Positions 50,200 to 62,108 of a stretch of DNA of 64,000 nucleotides are shown here, one piece after another; the stretch's first letter is position 1, and each line of letters begins with the position of its first letter. Source of the DNA: Schmidtea polychroa. Its lineage: Eukaryota. The DNA lies in the NCBI GenBank assembly GCA_044892525.1, contig CM097887.1:81074397-81138396 (forward strand), read 5' to 3'. A program made the position numbers and the translations under genes. A model generated the notes under the pieces. That model did not search any database. It worked only from the letters and a program-made list of their open reading frames with translations, and was not told the origin of the DNA.

Positions 50200-52599
50200 G
50201 TTGGAATATAATAGAATTTAATACGGTTTAATTCTGCGTTTTTCTAATTAAATAAATATAGCAATGAATTAATTATAAGAAAGCGCCACTCAAATATTTC
50301 GACAGTTTCCCTGTCATCAGGTAGGATAGAAAAAACTATAGATATTTTATGAATAAATTGTATTAACTTTTCTTTGAAAACAATTTTTTTTAATGTTTTT
50401 TTTAATTTTTTTTTTCTAAATAATAAATTATTTTTCAATTTATACTAAATACATTAAAAATTTTTAAATATTTTATTCTATTTTTAAAATTACTTGCCTT
50501 AATTATTTAATTCATTTGAAAAAACAAAAATCATAAGGATTTTTTTACCAATTTACCCACAATTTACCAACGAAATTATCTAAAAACATCTAAAACACAA
50601 GTGTCCATTGCACATTAATTTTCGAATCCATTGATTTTATCGACAAAGCTTCAAAATTACAAAAAAAAACAATATAAAAAATTTTTTTTAACTTGCCTAT
50701 TTTTCTCTCATACATATGGAGGGTTGATGGGGAAACATCAAAATGGATACGAGAGAAAGAAGAGAAATGACACTTTGAACTATTTGGATTTTCGGGTATG
50801 ATTATCTCGACCGGATTATAATAATATTAATCTTTTCTCCATTTTTTGGCAGTTGTTAATATTATTAATGCTTTTAAACTCCCAATTATTTTAATTCTAT
50901 TTATAATCTTTATTAAAAAATTCAGAATAAAAAAGTTTTCAATAAAAATCGGGCGACCCTTATCAAAGCGTCATCGTCATAAGTGTCAATTTGCCTGATA
51001 AAAAACGGAAAGAACCATCTCTGATATTTTTGTGATTATGAAACTATTTCATATGATGTATATTAGATTATACAAATAGTATACAAGGAGAGGTATTATT
51101 CCCGAATGGAGGTTGATGAAATATATTTTTGGTTACATATTTTGGTGCTTAAGAGTTCAATAGATTCATTAAAAGAGGAGGATGAAGCCTAGTCAAATTG
51201 TCATTATTATCATATAGACAATTGTAAGCTTACAAGCATGAAATAACTCATTTACTAAAGCTTTTAGAGATAATTGTGGCTGATCTTATCAATCATTAAT
51301 CGTTTCTGTTAATATGCGCATTCAGCCAATCAATTTGACCAGGAGTCTGAAACGGCCGGAATTCGATTCCTAGTGGCAGATGGAAACGTCCTGAAATTGT
51401 TATCAATTTCTCTCATAGCAGTTATTAATCGGTCCAAATCACCTTATTTGATTCTCGCCAAATGAAGGCATGAAATTCACACGGGCCGAGAGGCGCCTGA
51501 TGTTCTATTTGACTGCAGAAAACAATTAAACCAAATGCCAAACTGCAGGTGCACACAGCAATCAACGAGTCAGTCATTTTCTGATTAGCTTTACCCTTGC
51601 TGGTCATCGTGATGATTGACATCAGTAAGCATCATTGGCAGATTAGCGTTGCAGCTTAGCGGTACTGAGATTCTCTAGATAACGTTGTTGGTGCTGCTGT
51701 TTATTTGCTGATGCCCTCCATGCGCTGTTAGCAGTTGAGTTGTTGTAAAGTTGTTGTAGAACTGTTGTAGAGCTGCCACTGTCAATGCTACTGATGCTGG
51801 CACTGATGATGATCATTGAAATTTAAAATGATTGAGACTGTAACAACGCACCAGTATGAGAAAATCAGCTCACTTGGTGAAAAGGTGTTTCATTAATTGG
51901 ATAAGTTAATTTCTGAGTTAAATGCAAATATTTTCTCATTGCACCATAGCGGCCGCTGCGGATTTGGTGAACATTTTCACCCAGCGCTTGCCACTGAACC
52001 GATTACAGCAGCGCTTTTCTGTGAAAATTTTATTTAAAATTAAACACATTTGGCAGAAGGTGGAGTGAAATTGGAGTTGGACAATTAGAATGGGAGGGGG
52101 GGGTGGTTAACAAACTTCTAAATACGAACTTCATTAAATTTTGGGTATAATTCAAAACCTTAGAACAGTTCATATAATTAAGTTATCTTTTTATTCATCA
52201 ATCTAATATTAACACATTGAAGAGCGACCATATTTTTCTAACTTATCCCAGTAACCGGGGCTTCTTTCTGGCTGCTAGTTTTGTGTACCGGAGTATTAAT
52301 GAGTCTATATCTCATCATCTTTTTATAATATTTATTAAAACAAATTCATATTAACATAATCACTTTCATCATTAGTGTCAGAATCATTTAATAACACTGC
52401 CCACAAAACACGAGTAAACTCATGACCCGTCAGCAATGTGTTTATAAAAATAAATTTAGAACCTCTCCAACAATTTCCCACCAATCTTATAGTGCCAAAG
52501 TTTGCACGGGTGTCAGCAGAATTTTATCATTAGTATATTCGCTAATAATCGGTAAAAGCGAAGGGGTTTACAAACGTTTTTTTAAGATCTTGTGAGTCT

Positions 52600-52850
52600 A
52601 CCCTTGTAAAATATTGAGGGGTTTGGAATTACGGGAAAAAACTATTCCTTATTTGATCTTTATGATACCTGAAATAAAGGGTTTTTTCATCTGGGACAAT
52701 GCAGTTGGAGAAAAATTCAAAAATATGAATTTGCAAATAGATACTATTTAGTTTAATTGTCATTGTTTGCATAGGGATCCACCCCACCAAACGCAACTCT
52801 AGTAACAATTGACATTTTAAAGCCTCATTTGTCAACGGAGCCTGATGACT
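52600..52850 (-). pseudogene. mariner transposase remnant
   Basis: LVGWIPMQ and CIVPDEKTLYF (cf. WVPHEL, IVTGDEKW). Confidence 0.55.
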
Positions 52851-53527
52851 TCATTTTCAAGAATAGTGTAGTTGTTCGTTCCTCGTGTTTGTTCTCATTT
52901 TATGATTCTAATTGGAGTTCCATGTACCTAAATTATTTTAGAAGTTTGTCATAGAAGATGGGTTATATATTTAGACAGACCGAAGTTGGACCTAATTAAT
53001 AAATGTGGACTTTGTTGCGAAGGAAATTAAACAGTAGTTGATCGGGAAAGTTTTCTTTAATAATTTCTTCGCCTTTCGGTTTCTGTTTTCTCGTTCATCT
53101 TGTCCTTTGTAAATTTGTGTCTCTTTTTTGATTTACAACTTGTACCTTCTTTTTTCAAATTTAGTTTTCCTTTAATAGTCAGCCTTGCAATAACACTTAC
53201 AAGTATTTATTTTAATTTCCAGTACATTCCCAGTATTTTAATTGTCTCTGACAGCTGTTGAGGTATATAATTTTAAGAAATGTCATATTTTTGTACTTCA
53301 CTTATTATCTCGAACAACTTATGAAGATAAGACAATTCTATTCTTCAATTTATTTTTTGTTTCTCGTTTCTGATTTGCACTTATTAATTAAGAAATACAT
53401 TTTCGTGTTTCATTTTTTAATTTTATTGACTCTGTTATTTTGCTCTCATTTTCAATTTCTTTTTCTCACTTTTGTTTCTCCGAGTTCTTGAACAACCCAT
53501 CCTTCATTTCATACATTTACCCCTGAT

Positions 53528-55029
53528 CAGTAGCGGATTTAGCTATAGGCGTGGGGGGGGGGGCGAGTCGCCCCTCCACGCCCCTGTTGAATCCTAATTG
53601 GCGCCCCCCAAAGATAATTTTATGAATTTTTTCTCTTATTACAGTTTTGTCTGTGTACAAAGTTCAACTGGATTTAAGCAACTCCATCTGTTATGCTGCA
53701 TCATATTAATAATATTACATAGCGTTATCAAGGGGAAAAAATAGAGAAGTTTTGAAACGAATGGTAGATGCAACGTTGTTGTTAGCAAAACAAGGTTTGC
53801 CATTTAGAGGACACAGAGAACATTCTGGCTCTGACAGGTGTAGTAACACTGGAAATTTTCGTGAATTGCTATTTTTATTGGCTAAATATGATTCCACTAT
53901 GGACAATCATCTAAAGCAGGGCTGTCCAACCTCGGGAAACCAGAGGGCCGCAATGCAAAAAAAAACTATTCGGGGGCCGCACACAATGCAAAGAATTTTT
54001 ACATCTTTTTTTTTACTGATGTCCTTCCGTATAACTTCACGACCAGTAGAGTTCGTTCGCAAAGAGAGACGCGAACGCCACGTGAAGTCTTCATTTGGAA
54101 GAAAAAGTTTCATAACATTGTATTATATTTTAATATTAATATAAGTTTTTCGTAGCAATAAAAGTATTTACGTAAATAAGATGGTATCAAATTATAGAGA
54201 AGTTCGCGGGCCACACAAAAGTACTTCGCGGGCCGCGGTTCGGACAGGTCTGATCTAAAGTTTGAAAAGAAAAATGAACTTTATTTATGTTATGATGTAC
54301 AAAATGACCTAATTCAATCACTTGCCTCAGAATTATCCGCAAATATTGATAATGAAGTTAGGTCTGCACAATTCTTTTCTCTAATTGTTGATTTAACAAT
54401 ATCACAAATATCAGAAGAAAATAAAGAATCTTTTCAAAATTTATGCGACATTTACAAAAACGATATTAAAATTGAAGAAGCAATCCTAGAATATGATATT
54501 TTCAAATACGTGTATGCATCAATACGCCCATTACTATCTTGTGAACTACAACTTAAAGAGGTGCTGCCTTTCTTGGTTGAAAAACAGATGGCACCAGGAC
54601 TTCCCAATTTGGCAATTCTCTATAAAATATACTTGACTCTTCCTGTTACATCTACTACTGCTAAAAGAAGTTTCAGTAGACTGAAAATCATCAAAAATTA
54701 AATGCGATCAACATTGACAAACGAACGTCCGTCTGGATTAGCATTAATTTCAATAGAACGCGAACTGGCTGAGAACATTGACTTTGAATCGACTATAAAT
54801 CGTTTTCCTTCAATGAAATCACGCAGGAAGCAATTTAAATAATAAATAAACTTGTATGTTTGTTACATCAATAAATTTACTAGCATAAATTTACTGAATA
54901 TAATGCTTTTTAATAATATTAGTATTCACTCAATACTCGCGAAAATAAGTAGTACCATCTTCATAATTTGTGGCGTCCCCTGAAAATTTTCCCCGCCCCC
55001 CCACGCACCAAAATCTAAATCCGCCACTG
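53528..55029 (+). mobile_element. Non-autonomous hAT element with deleted transposase
   Basis: TIR CAGT(A/G)GCGGATTTAG; perfect TSD CCCCTGAT; LAKQGLPFRGHRE, NTGNFRELL and TLPVTSTTAKRSFSRLKIIKN motifs. Confidence 0.9.
53917..54252. mobile_element. hAT MITE nested in 53528-55029
   Basis: TIR CAGGGCTGTCCAACC / GGTTCGGACAGGTCTG; perfect TSD ATCTAAAG. Confidence 0.85.
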
Positions 55030-55714
55030 CCCCTGATCATTTTATTCATTTAGTAATTATTTGATTTTATTATTCAGGTATCCTCAACAAAATCAAGAAA
55101 CAGGTAATAAGAAAATACTTGAGTGCTTATAACTATTATTATAATATATTACATTTTATTTTTAAGTATTAATAGTACACATATAATATATATATATATA
55201 GCCAACAGCAAAAAAAAATTAAATTATAAAGAGTAATTATGATAAATTTATTTTTCTTGTTTTCATAGAAGTAAGTTCTTACATTATATAGGTAAATGTA
55301 ATTTCGGCACCATTCACGTAAGGTGCCCCGATGTGACGCATCCTCTAACTTACTGCGTGGAACCGGCACTGAATATTGTCTTTAAATTAGTTGTTATTAT
55401 TCTAACTGCACAATGTTAATAATGTTAAATAATAAAATACCTTTCCATGGTGAGTCCATAACTGTATTTTGTATTCATTTATATATTAAGTCTCACAATT
55501 TAATTATTCAAAAGAATGGCCACGTTTTTTATTTATTGAAATGCATTTAAAAATTTTAAGGAAAATTTTACACATGAATTCATTCTAAAGATTGAAATGT
55601 GTTATGTATCCGTGGGTATTCATAAATCATTATTTATCATTATGCTTCTTCAATGGGAATATCTAAGTAGGAGTAAGTAATTCTTAAGGAATGATATTCC
55701 TCACTTTTACTAAA

Positions 55715-58676
55715 CTAACGGATGAGAATCCTAATATGGTGGCAGCGGTTTACACCGACGCGATCACCTAAAGATTGTTGCCGAAGGAGTTTGGTTCATA
55801 AGTTCATAAGAAGATGCGAAAGGCATCAATAAAAAAAGAACAAGAAAGATTGATTGCATGTATGATCGCGGATCTATTGGAGAAATATGGACAACATTTA
55901 AAAAAGCAAGAGGATTTCAAGCCAGGTTACGAATGGCATTTGATTATGAAAGAGATCTAATAAAGGGTATGGAAAGTTTATTGAATTATAAAAGAAGAGC
56001 GAAGAGATTGAAACATATTTTAAAAGAGTAGAGGACTTTGTCGACAAGTGGTTTGAGAATAAAGAATTCACCTAAGACAAAATAACAGCAAAGATATTGA
56101 TAGTATATGCTGAGAATAAAGAAGATGAGAAAGAAGTAATATTGCGGAAGAAAAAAAGCATAGAGGAGATAAGGGAATCATTAATTCTAAAGTGGACAAA
56201 CAGAGAGATCAGATAAACGCTATGAAATTACGCAATAGTGGTCTATCAGTATCCACAGAGAAGACAACATTACAAGCAGAAAGATGAAAAAGAGGAACAC
56301 GGGCGACGAGAAGAACCATGACACAAAATATGCCACACGAAAATAGACTGTCCAGTAAGAAGTAAGATAGAGTGTTGGACGTGTCACAGAAGCGGACAGA
56401 TAATTAGAAATTGTGTATAACAAGCTACAGGGAAGACCTAGTGTAACAGTAATGATGAATGGGGAAATTTTCGACTGTTTATTAGACACCGGAGCACGAA
56501 TAAACGTAACGAGTGTGAACTGTTTTAACAAGTTACGAGGACAACAATTGATGAGAAGCGACGATAAGTTACGATGTGCAAACGAAAGTGCGATAGAGAC
56601 AATTGGAAGAACAAAGGTTAAAGTAACTATCACAGATATTACTAAGGAAGTTAGATTCATTGTGGCTGAGAAAGTGACACCAGAGGTGATTGGAGGAGTA
56701 GAATTACAAGAAGCATTTGGATATAGGCTGGCAAAAAAGAAAGATATCGAATCTAGTTAAAAAGACAAGAACTATATTTGTAACATTGAAACAAAATTCG
56801 GCAGACAGATAAAGGATAGAGAAAGATTGAAGCGAGCGTTGGAACATCTAAAGATTGATGAGGATAGTAAATTAAAGGAAATAATAACGAACAGTGGAAA
56901 CTTGTTTATGGCGGATAAATGGGGTGTGGGTCGAACGCATTCAGTAAAATATAAGATAATTACAAGAGGTGAACCGATAAACATAAAACCATATCGTCAA
57001 CCAATAAATTTGGAAACAAAAATGTATACGAAAACTGGATTATACGGAAATGCAACTCTCCGTGGAACACACCGTTAATCTGTGTATCCAAAAAGAGAAA
57101 AAGAATATTAGTCTATGCTTGGATTTCAGAAAGCTGAACGCAGTAACAGAGAGGCAGGTATTCCGAATGCCAAACATAGACGAAATGTTAGATTTGTTAG
57201 GAGGGTCCGTTTTTTTAGTTCAATCGACCTTGGTAATGCACATTACCAAGTGGAGTTAGACGAAGAAGCGTAAGAGAAAACAGCCTTCTCAACAAAGAAA
57301 GAGCAATACTGTTTCAATAGAATGCCGTTCGGAATTGCTGCAGCACCAGGTATGTTCCAGGAAACGAAGACAAAAGTAATAGGCAAAATAAATGGAGCAA
57401 TTTTGTATTTGGATGACATTCTGATTTATTCGAGCAGTAAAGAAAAGCATTATACAATACTCAGGGAAGTATTAAAAGTGATCGAGGAAGCAGGACTAAA
57501 AATTAACCCAGAAAAGTGTCAAATAATACAGAAAGAAATCAGATTCTAAAGACACAAAATCGGCAAAGAAGGAGTACAGACCGATCCTTCTAAGATTCAG
57601 ACTATATAAAACTTTGGGAAACCAATTTCCGTAAAGAAACTTCGAAGCTCTCTAGGCATTTGCAATTATTATAGAAGATTCATCAGTAAGTATGCTAAGA
57701 AATCAAAGATGTTAGAACAATTATGTAGCATTCCGAGTAAAAAAAAACTTGAATGGACTGAAGGAATGAATAACTTATTCGAGGAAGTATATCTTGGGTA
57801 TAATAGACCAGTATAATAAGTATCAAGTCTTGACAGCTATAATAAGACAAGACGAGGAAACAATAAAGAAAACGATTTCAGAAAAATGGATTTTAAGATT
57901 TGGATGCCAAAGGAGATAAGAGTTGATTGTGTGAAGGCGATTGAATGAGGAATGATGAGAGAATTAACAAAGAAACTTGATATTAAGTTATGTTTTTCGA
58001 GTCCATGCCATCACCAAACAAATGGACAGATAGAAAGGCAATTCAGGACAATACGAAAGCTAATAAATGATACTTAACGTGACAGAAGAAAGACGGATTG
58101 GGCAGAGATACTACCAGAAGTCGAATTTACATTAAATGCAACCAAACAATAAACGACAAGAAGAAGCCCGGCAGAGATAGTGCTTGGAAAAAAGATTAGC
58201 AAGGAAAAATAGTACGGGTCAAAAGAAAAACAAGTAAAAGAATAACAAGAACAAACAAGGAGGAATTTTGACGTAGAAGAATATGTGTTAGTAAAATTAG
58301 AAACACGCAACAAAAGCCAGGACAGTTATGAGGAACCATATAAAGTGATCGAGAAAGTGCATGACAGACGATACATCTTAAGAAATGAGAATGGTAAAAA
58401 GATTGAAAGAAAAGTGGAAAAACTTAAAAAATTTCTTAAGAAGGGGAATATGAGGAAGATTGAAGATTCTAAAAGTTTTAATTAGAAATTTTGTAAAATT
58501 TTAAAAATATTTTTATCGAAAAATATTTTAAAAGAAAAATTGAAATTTGTTTAAATAAGAAACAAAAGAAAAGATAAGTTTTGAGTGTATAATTTATTAA
58601 ATAAAATTTATGGAATTATTTAGTGATTTGCAAACAGATATTAAACAGCATGTTCTAACGGATGATTATCCTAATA
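55715..58676 (+). mobile_element. Decayed Ty3/Gypsy LTR retrotransposon (gag-PR-RT-partial IN; RNase H and part of IN deleted)
   Basis: CLLDTGA protease; CLDFRKLN, MPFG and LYLDDIL RT motifs; SPCHHQTNGQIERQFR integrase; PPT AAGAAGGGG before TG at 58451; LTR-end motif CTAACGGATGA..ATCCTAATA at 55715-55736 and 58655-58676. Confidence 0.9.
55737..55749 (+). promoter_or_regulatory. Primer-binding site, complementary to a tRNA-Leu 3' end
   Basis: TGGTGGCAGCGGT immediately after the LTR-end motif. Confidence 0.7.
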
Positions 58677-59116
58677 TAGGTAAAAATTCATGCTATTTTT
58701 TTTGCTTAACTTAGCCCAACTTAATTGGAAACGACACCAACATCACTTCTTTCCGATTTGTGGTTTCTGAAATAGTTGGACCAAATCATTACAAATTCCC
58801 ACATAGATTATTGAAATTCTGCAAAATTCTCTAAATTAAATATGAGTTGAAGAAATAAACATGGAAAAATTAATATGAGTGGAAATGATTATTATTAAAA
58901 GGAACAACAAAATATGGTCTTGGAATTCGCTATTTTTCTACAAGCTAAAAAGCTTTTAACAATATTTTTATTTATAAAAAACTATTTTTAAATAATAATT
59001 AAAATAATTTTTTATTGTTTTTGACAATTTCTTTCTCTAGTATTTAAAATTTGATATTTCATCAATCCTTATAAAACAGATTATTTAATTTCATAAAATT
59101 TCAAAACACAGAATCA

Positions 59117-59553
59117 CAGGGCCCTAACAAGGGTGGTGCGAGCGGTGCAGTTGCATAGGGCGCACATCTGAAAGGGGCGCAAAATTGGGATGTACCAATT
59201 TTTTAATATCACCAAAAAATATAAATAAAAAATAATAAATGACATGAACGAAAAAAAATCGACATCCTAGCTAGCATATCCTTAATATTACTAGTTGGAC
59301 TGGTCCATTAGCGTGCCTTCGTAGGTGTGTATTTTATAAAATGTTAGTCCACAAAATGGGTTCCTGTCATTTTTTCAATTAGCAACAGAATTTTAAGAGC
59401 ATTACTACCAATTATATACTACCTGGAGATGAATACAGTCAACAATCTTAACATGAACATTATAATGATTATAGTAGACTGTTTTGAATTCGCGTGTTGG
59501 AGCGCCAGATATATGAACCGCACAGGGCACAATTATGCCTTGTTACGGCCTTG
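59117..59553. mobile_element. hAT MITE
   Basis: TIR CAGGGCCCTAACAAGG / CCTTGTTACGGCCTTG; perfect TSD CAGAATCA. Confidence 0.88.
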
Positions 59554-60932
59554 CAGAATCACAATCCAAAATAAATTATTTCATCATCATTCAAAGTTCC
59601 TGTTAACTACAGAATTCTCAAATAAAAATTTAAAAATTAGTTTTTCAATATTCAAAATGGCTTTAAAAATTGAATAAAAAATCTCCATACTATGACTTTA
59701 TGTTTTAACTTTTATACTCTGATGTTCTGATATCACATTTCGTTTCATTATTGTCAACCGAAAATTATGTAATTGCTTTCATTTATATATCTCGAATTAA
59801 CAGCCGGCCGTTTGGACTTGATAAGGATCACTTCCTTAAATTAAAGTTTTTTTAAGTCATTGTCGTCTCTTTGATGCATATTTTATTTGCGAAATGATTA
59901 TTGTAGAATCCATATTTTGAGGTATATACATCGGTTTTTATTGACGCCAATCGTTTCAAAATTAAAGTTTGAATCGACGTATTCTTTAATGAAACCAATC
60001 CAATATATCTGGTTTAACATTAAATGACCAGACGTCCAAGATCATGCGGGACTCCACTGGATTTGAGCTGTTTTTCACTCACTGAACGCTAACATGTAAC
60101 CCTTTGGTTTAGGTAATATATAAAAGCACAAGATAAAACGGAATCACAATAAAAATCAAAAAAGCACCAAAATAATAAAAGTTCAAAAGTTAATTAATCA
60201 ATCACGCGGCTCTTATTGGTCAGGAGCATTGTTGATGGCAACAATATTAATACTTCCTTGGATGGAAACCATTATTAATGTTATCTTTAACCATACCACC
60301 TAGGCAATTATTTAGGTCACGAATATGAGACTGGTGAGTGTGAGGAATCCCTTATTTCCCATTTCAATTGATACTAAGATGATTCGATATTATGGAGGTC
60401 ATTCATATAGTTGTTGCTCTTATCAGTACTATGATGAACAGGGCGGATTATTTCTATTATATTTATCATATGCAGTATATGCATTAATATTCTTTCGATT
60501 TATTTTGTAGTTCTCATCAACGTATCAAGAAAGCAGCGAATCATCGAAACAAATACAGAACCCGAGTTCAATATTTCATTCGTTGTGTACATGTACAAAG
60601 ACGTCCTGTTCAAATTAAATGAACTCTTGACTAACGCAGAGGCCAATTTCATCTAGTATTTTCGACTACTGGGTCTCTGAAACATTTCCATAAATAAGAA
60701 TATTTGGTGGCTTGAATTTTTTCATAACGATATTTGTACAGTAATATAGTTTACGAATTTATAGTTTGAAATTTGTTCTTTTCATTCGTATTAATTTCTG
60801 TGTTTAGTTAGTTTATTAATAAGTATAGTAAACAATTGTCGCGTTGTGAGTGGCATGATGTTTGATCTTGTTATGACATTGACAGAATCATAAATTTCTC
60901 ATTCAACTCTTAGAAAATAGTTTCCGATCGAT

Positions 60933-61085
60933 ATAAGACCTTCCATCGACCGTCCAGAATTTCAGATGGATGCCAAGTAGAGAAGCACACATGTTTACTC
61001 ACACCCAACCACTATATGCAGTACCAACATGGTCTGTCACCATGGATACGCAGGGAATTAGTTATCAATAATCACATGGCCTTCT
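60933..61085. ncRNA. Conserved structured module, copy 3 (opposite orientation to copies 1 and 2)
   Basis: GTACC-AA-CATGGT-ctgtc-ACCATG-GATAC at 61021-61049; SL-like 18-mer at 60933-60950 on the minus strand. Confidence 0.6.
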
Positions 61086-61470
61086 GACAACGGATCCCTT
61101 TATGCATTTATATTACTTAAATTTAATTCTGCATAAATTAAACTAATTAAATCGAAAGAAAGATTTCGTCTAGAAATCATTGAAGAGTAAAAATATTAAA
61201 ACAAAAATTATGTTTAGCAAAAAAAATTCCACGCAAAATTTTGGCGCCAATTTGAATTCAAAAGTAAACCTCTTCAAGTTCAAGAAAATTATTTTAAAAA
61301 CATACTCGTCGACCCAAGTCAAAATTTGATTAGACTACCTAAAAAATTCCCGAGAGCTGAAGGTGATGTTCACATCTACCTAGCCTGATTACTGCAATCA
61401 AATGCTAAACTCTATTACCAAACCAAAAACTAAACAAAGTGTCGCGTTACAATTAACACACTCCAAATGA

Positions 61471-62108
61471 CTAATAGGCATGCTTCGCCACAAACAGAGA
61501 CGTCGTGTCCCCTTGATTATCGGAGGCGACGTATTTCCCCTGCGATGCATTGCCATTCATCTGAGACATAATTATTCATGACATTAGAGAATTTAATATC
61601 ACTTTTGCCAAATGAATGAGCTGGTTTTGAGCAGCTTTTACATTTTCCGGCTTACCTTGCCAAACCTTGAGAACGGAGCCCTGTAGTGCACGACCAAAAC
61701 TGAATGTCAAGGCCCAAGGCCTTTTGGCATCAATAGTATTAATGGCGTTCAAATTGAGTGTTGCCTCAAGCTCAGATTGTCCTCCGGATAAGAAGCATAT
61801 CCCTTCACAATGAAGCACTAATATAGAGCTTAGTTAATCCTATCAATACCTGGAACCGCTGTTGGCACTGTTCTCTGTAGGGTTGTTACAGTCGCTAAAG
61901 CATTTTCAGAATAGAGGTATTTATTCGGGCATTTCACCCCGGCTGTCACCATATTCGGTTTTAATAGAGTTCCTTCCAAGTAAACGTTGTGCACAGACAG
62001 AGCCCAATACGTAAACGCTAGTACTTGCTCGGTAACCTTTTGTGCTGTAAGCAGGTCATGATCACCATCTGGCAACACCTCCGGTTCTACAATTGGCACC
62101 AAACCGTT
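61471..62108 (-). CDS. aldo: Class I fructose-bisphosphate aldolase, 3' half: exons 62108-61850, 61802-61603, 61560-61471
   Basis: [34 protein letters not shown] (Schiff-base Lys), [24 protein letters not shown], ...SLFVAKHAY*; GT-AG introns of 47 and 42 nt in phase; upstream exons not found in the window. Confidence 0.92.

Noticed and set aside
55306-55370. Two hairpins including TTCACGT (a CPEB3-like L3) suggesting an HDV ribozyme
   Set aside because: No P1 partner, no GG before P4 and no catalytic C in the J4/2 position
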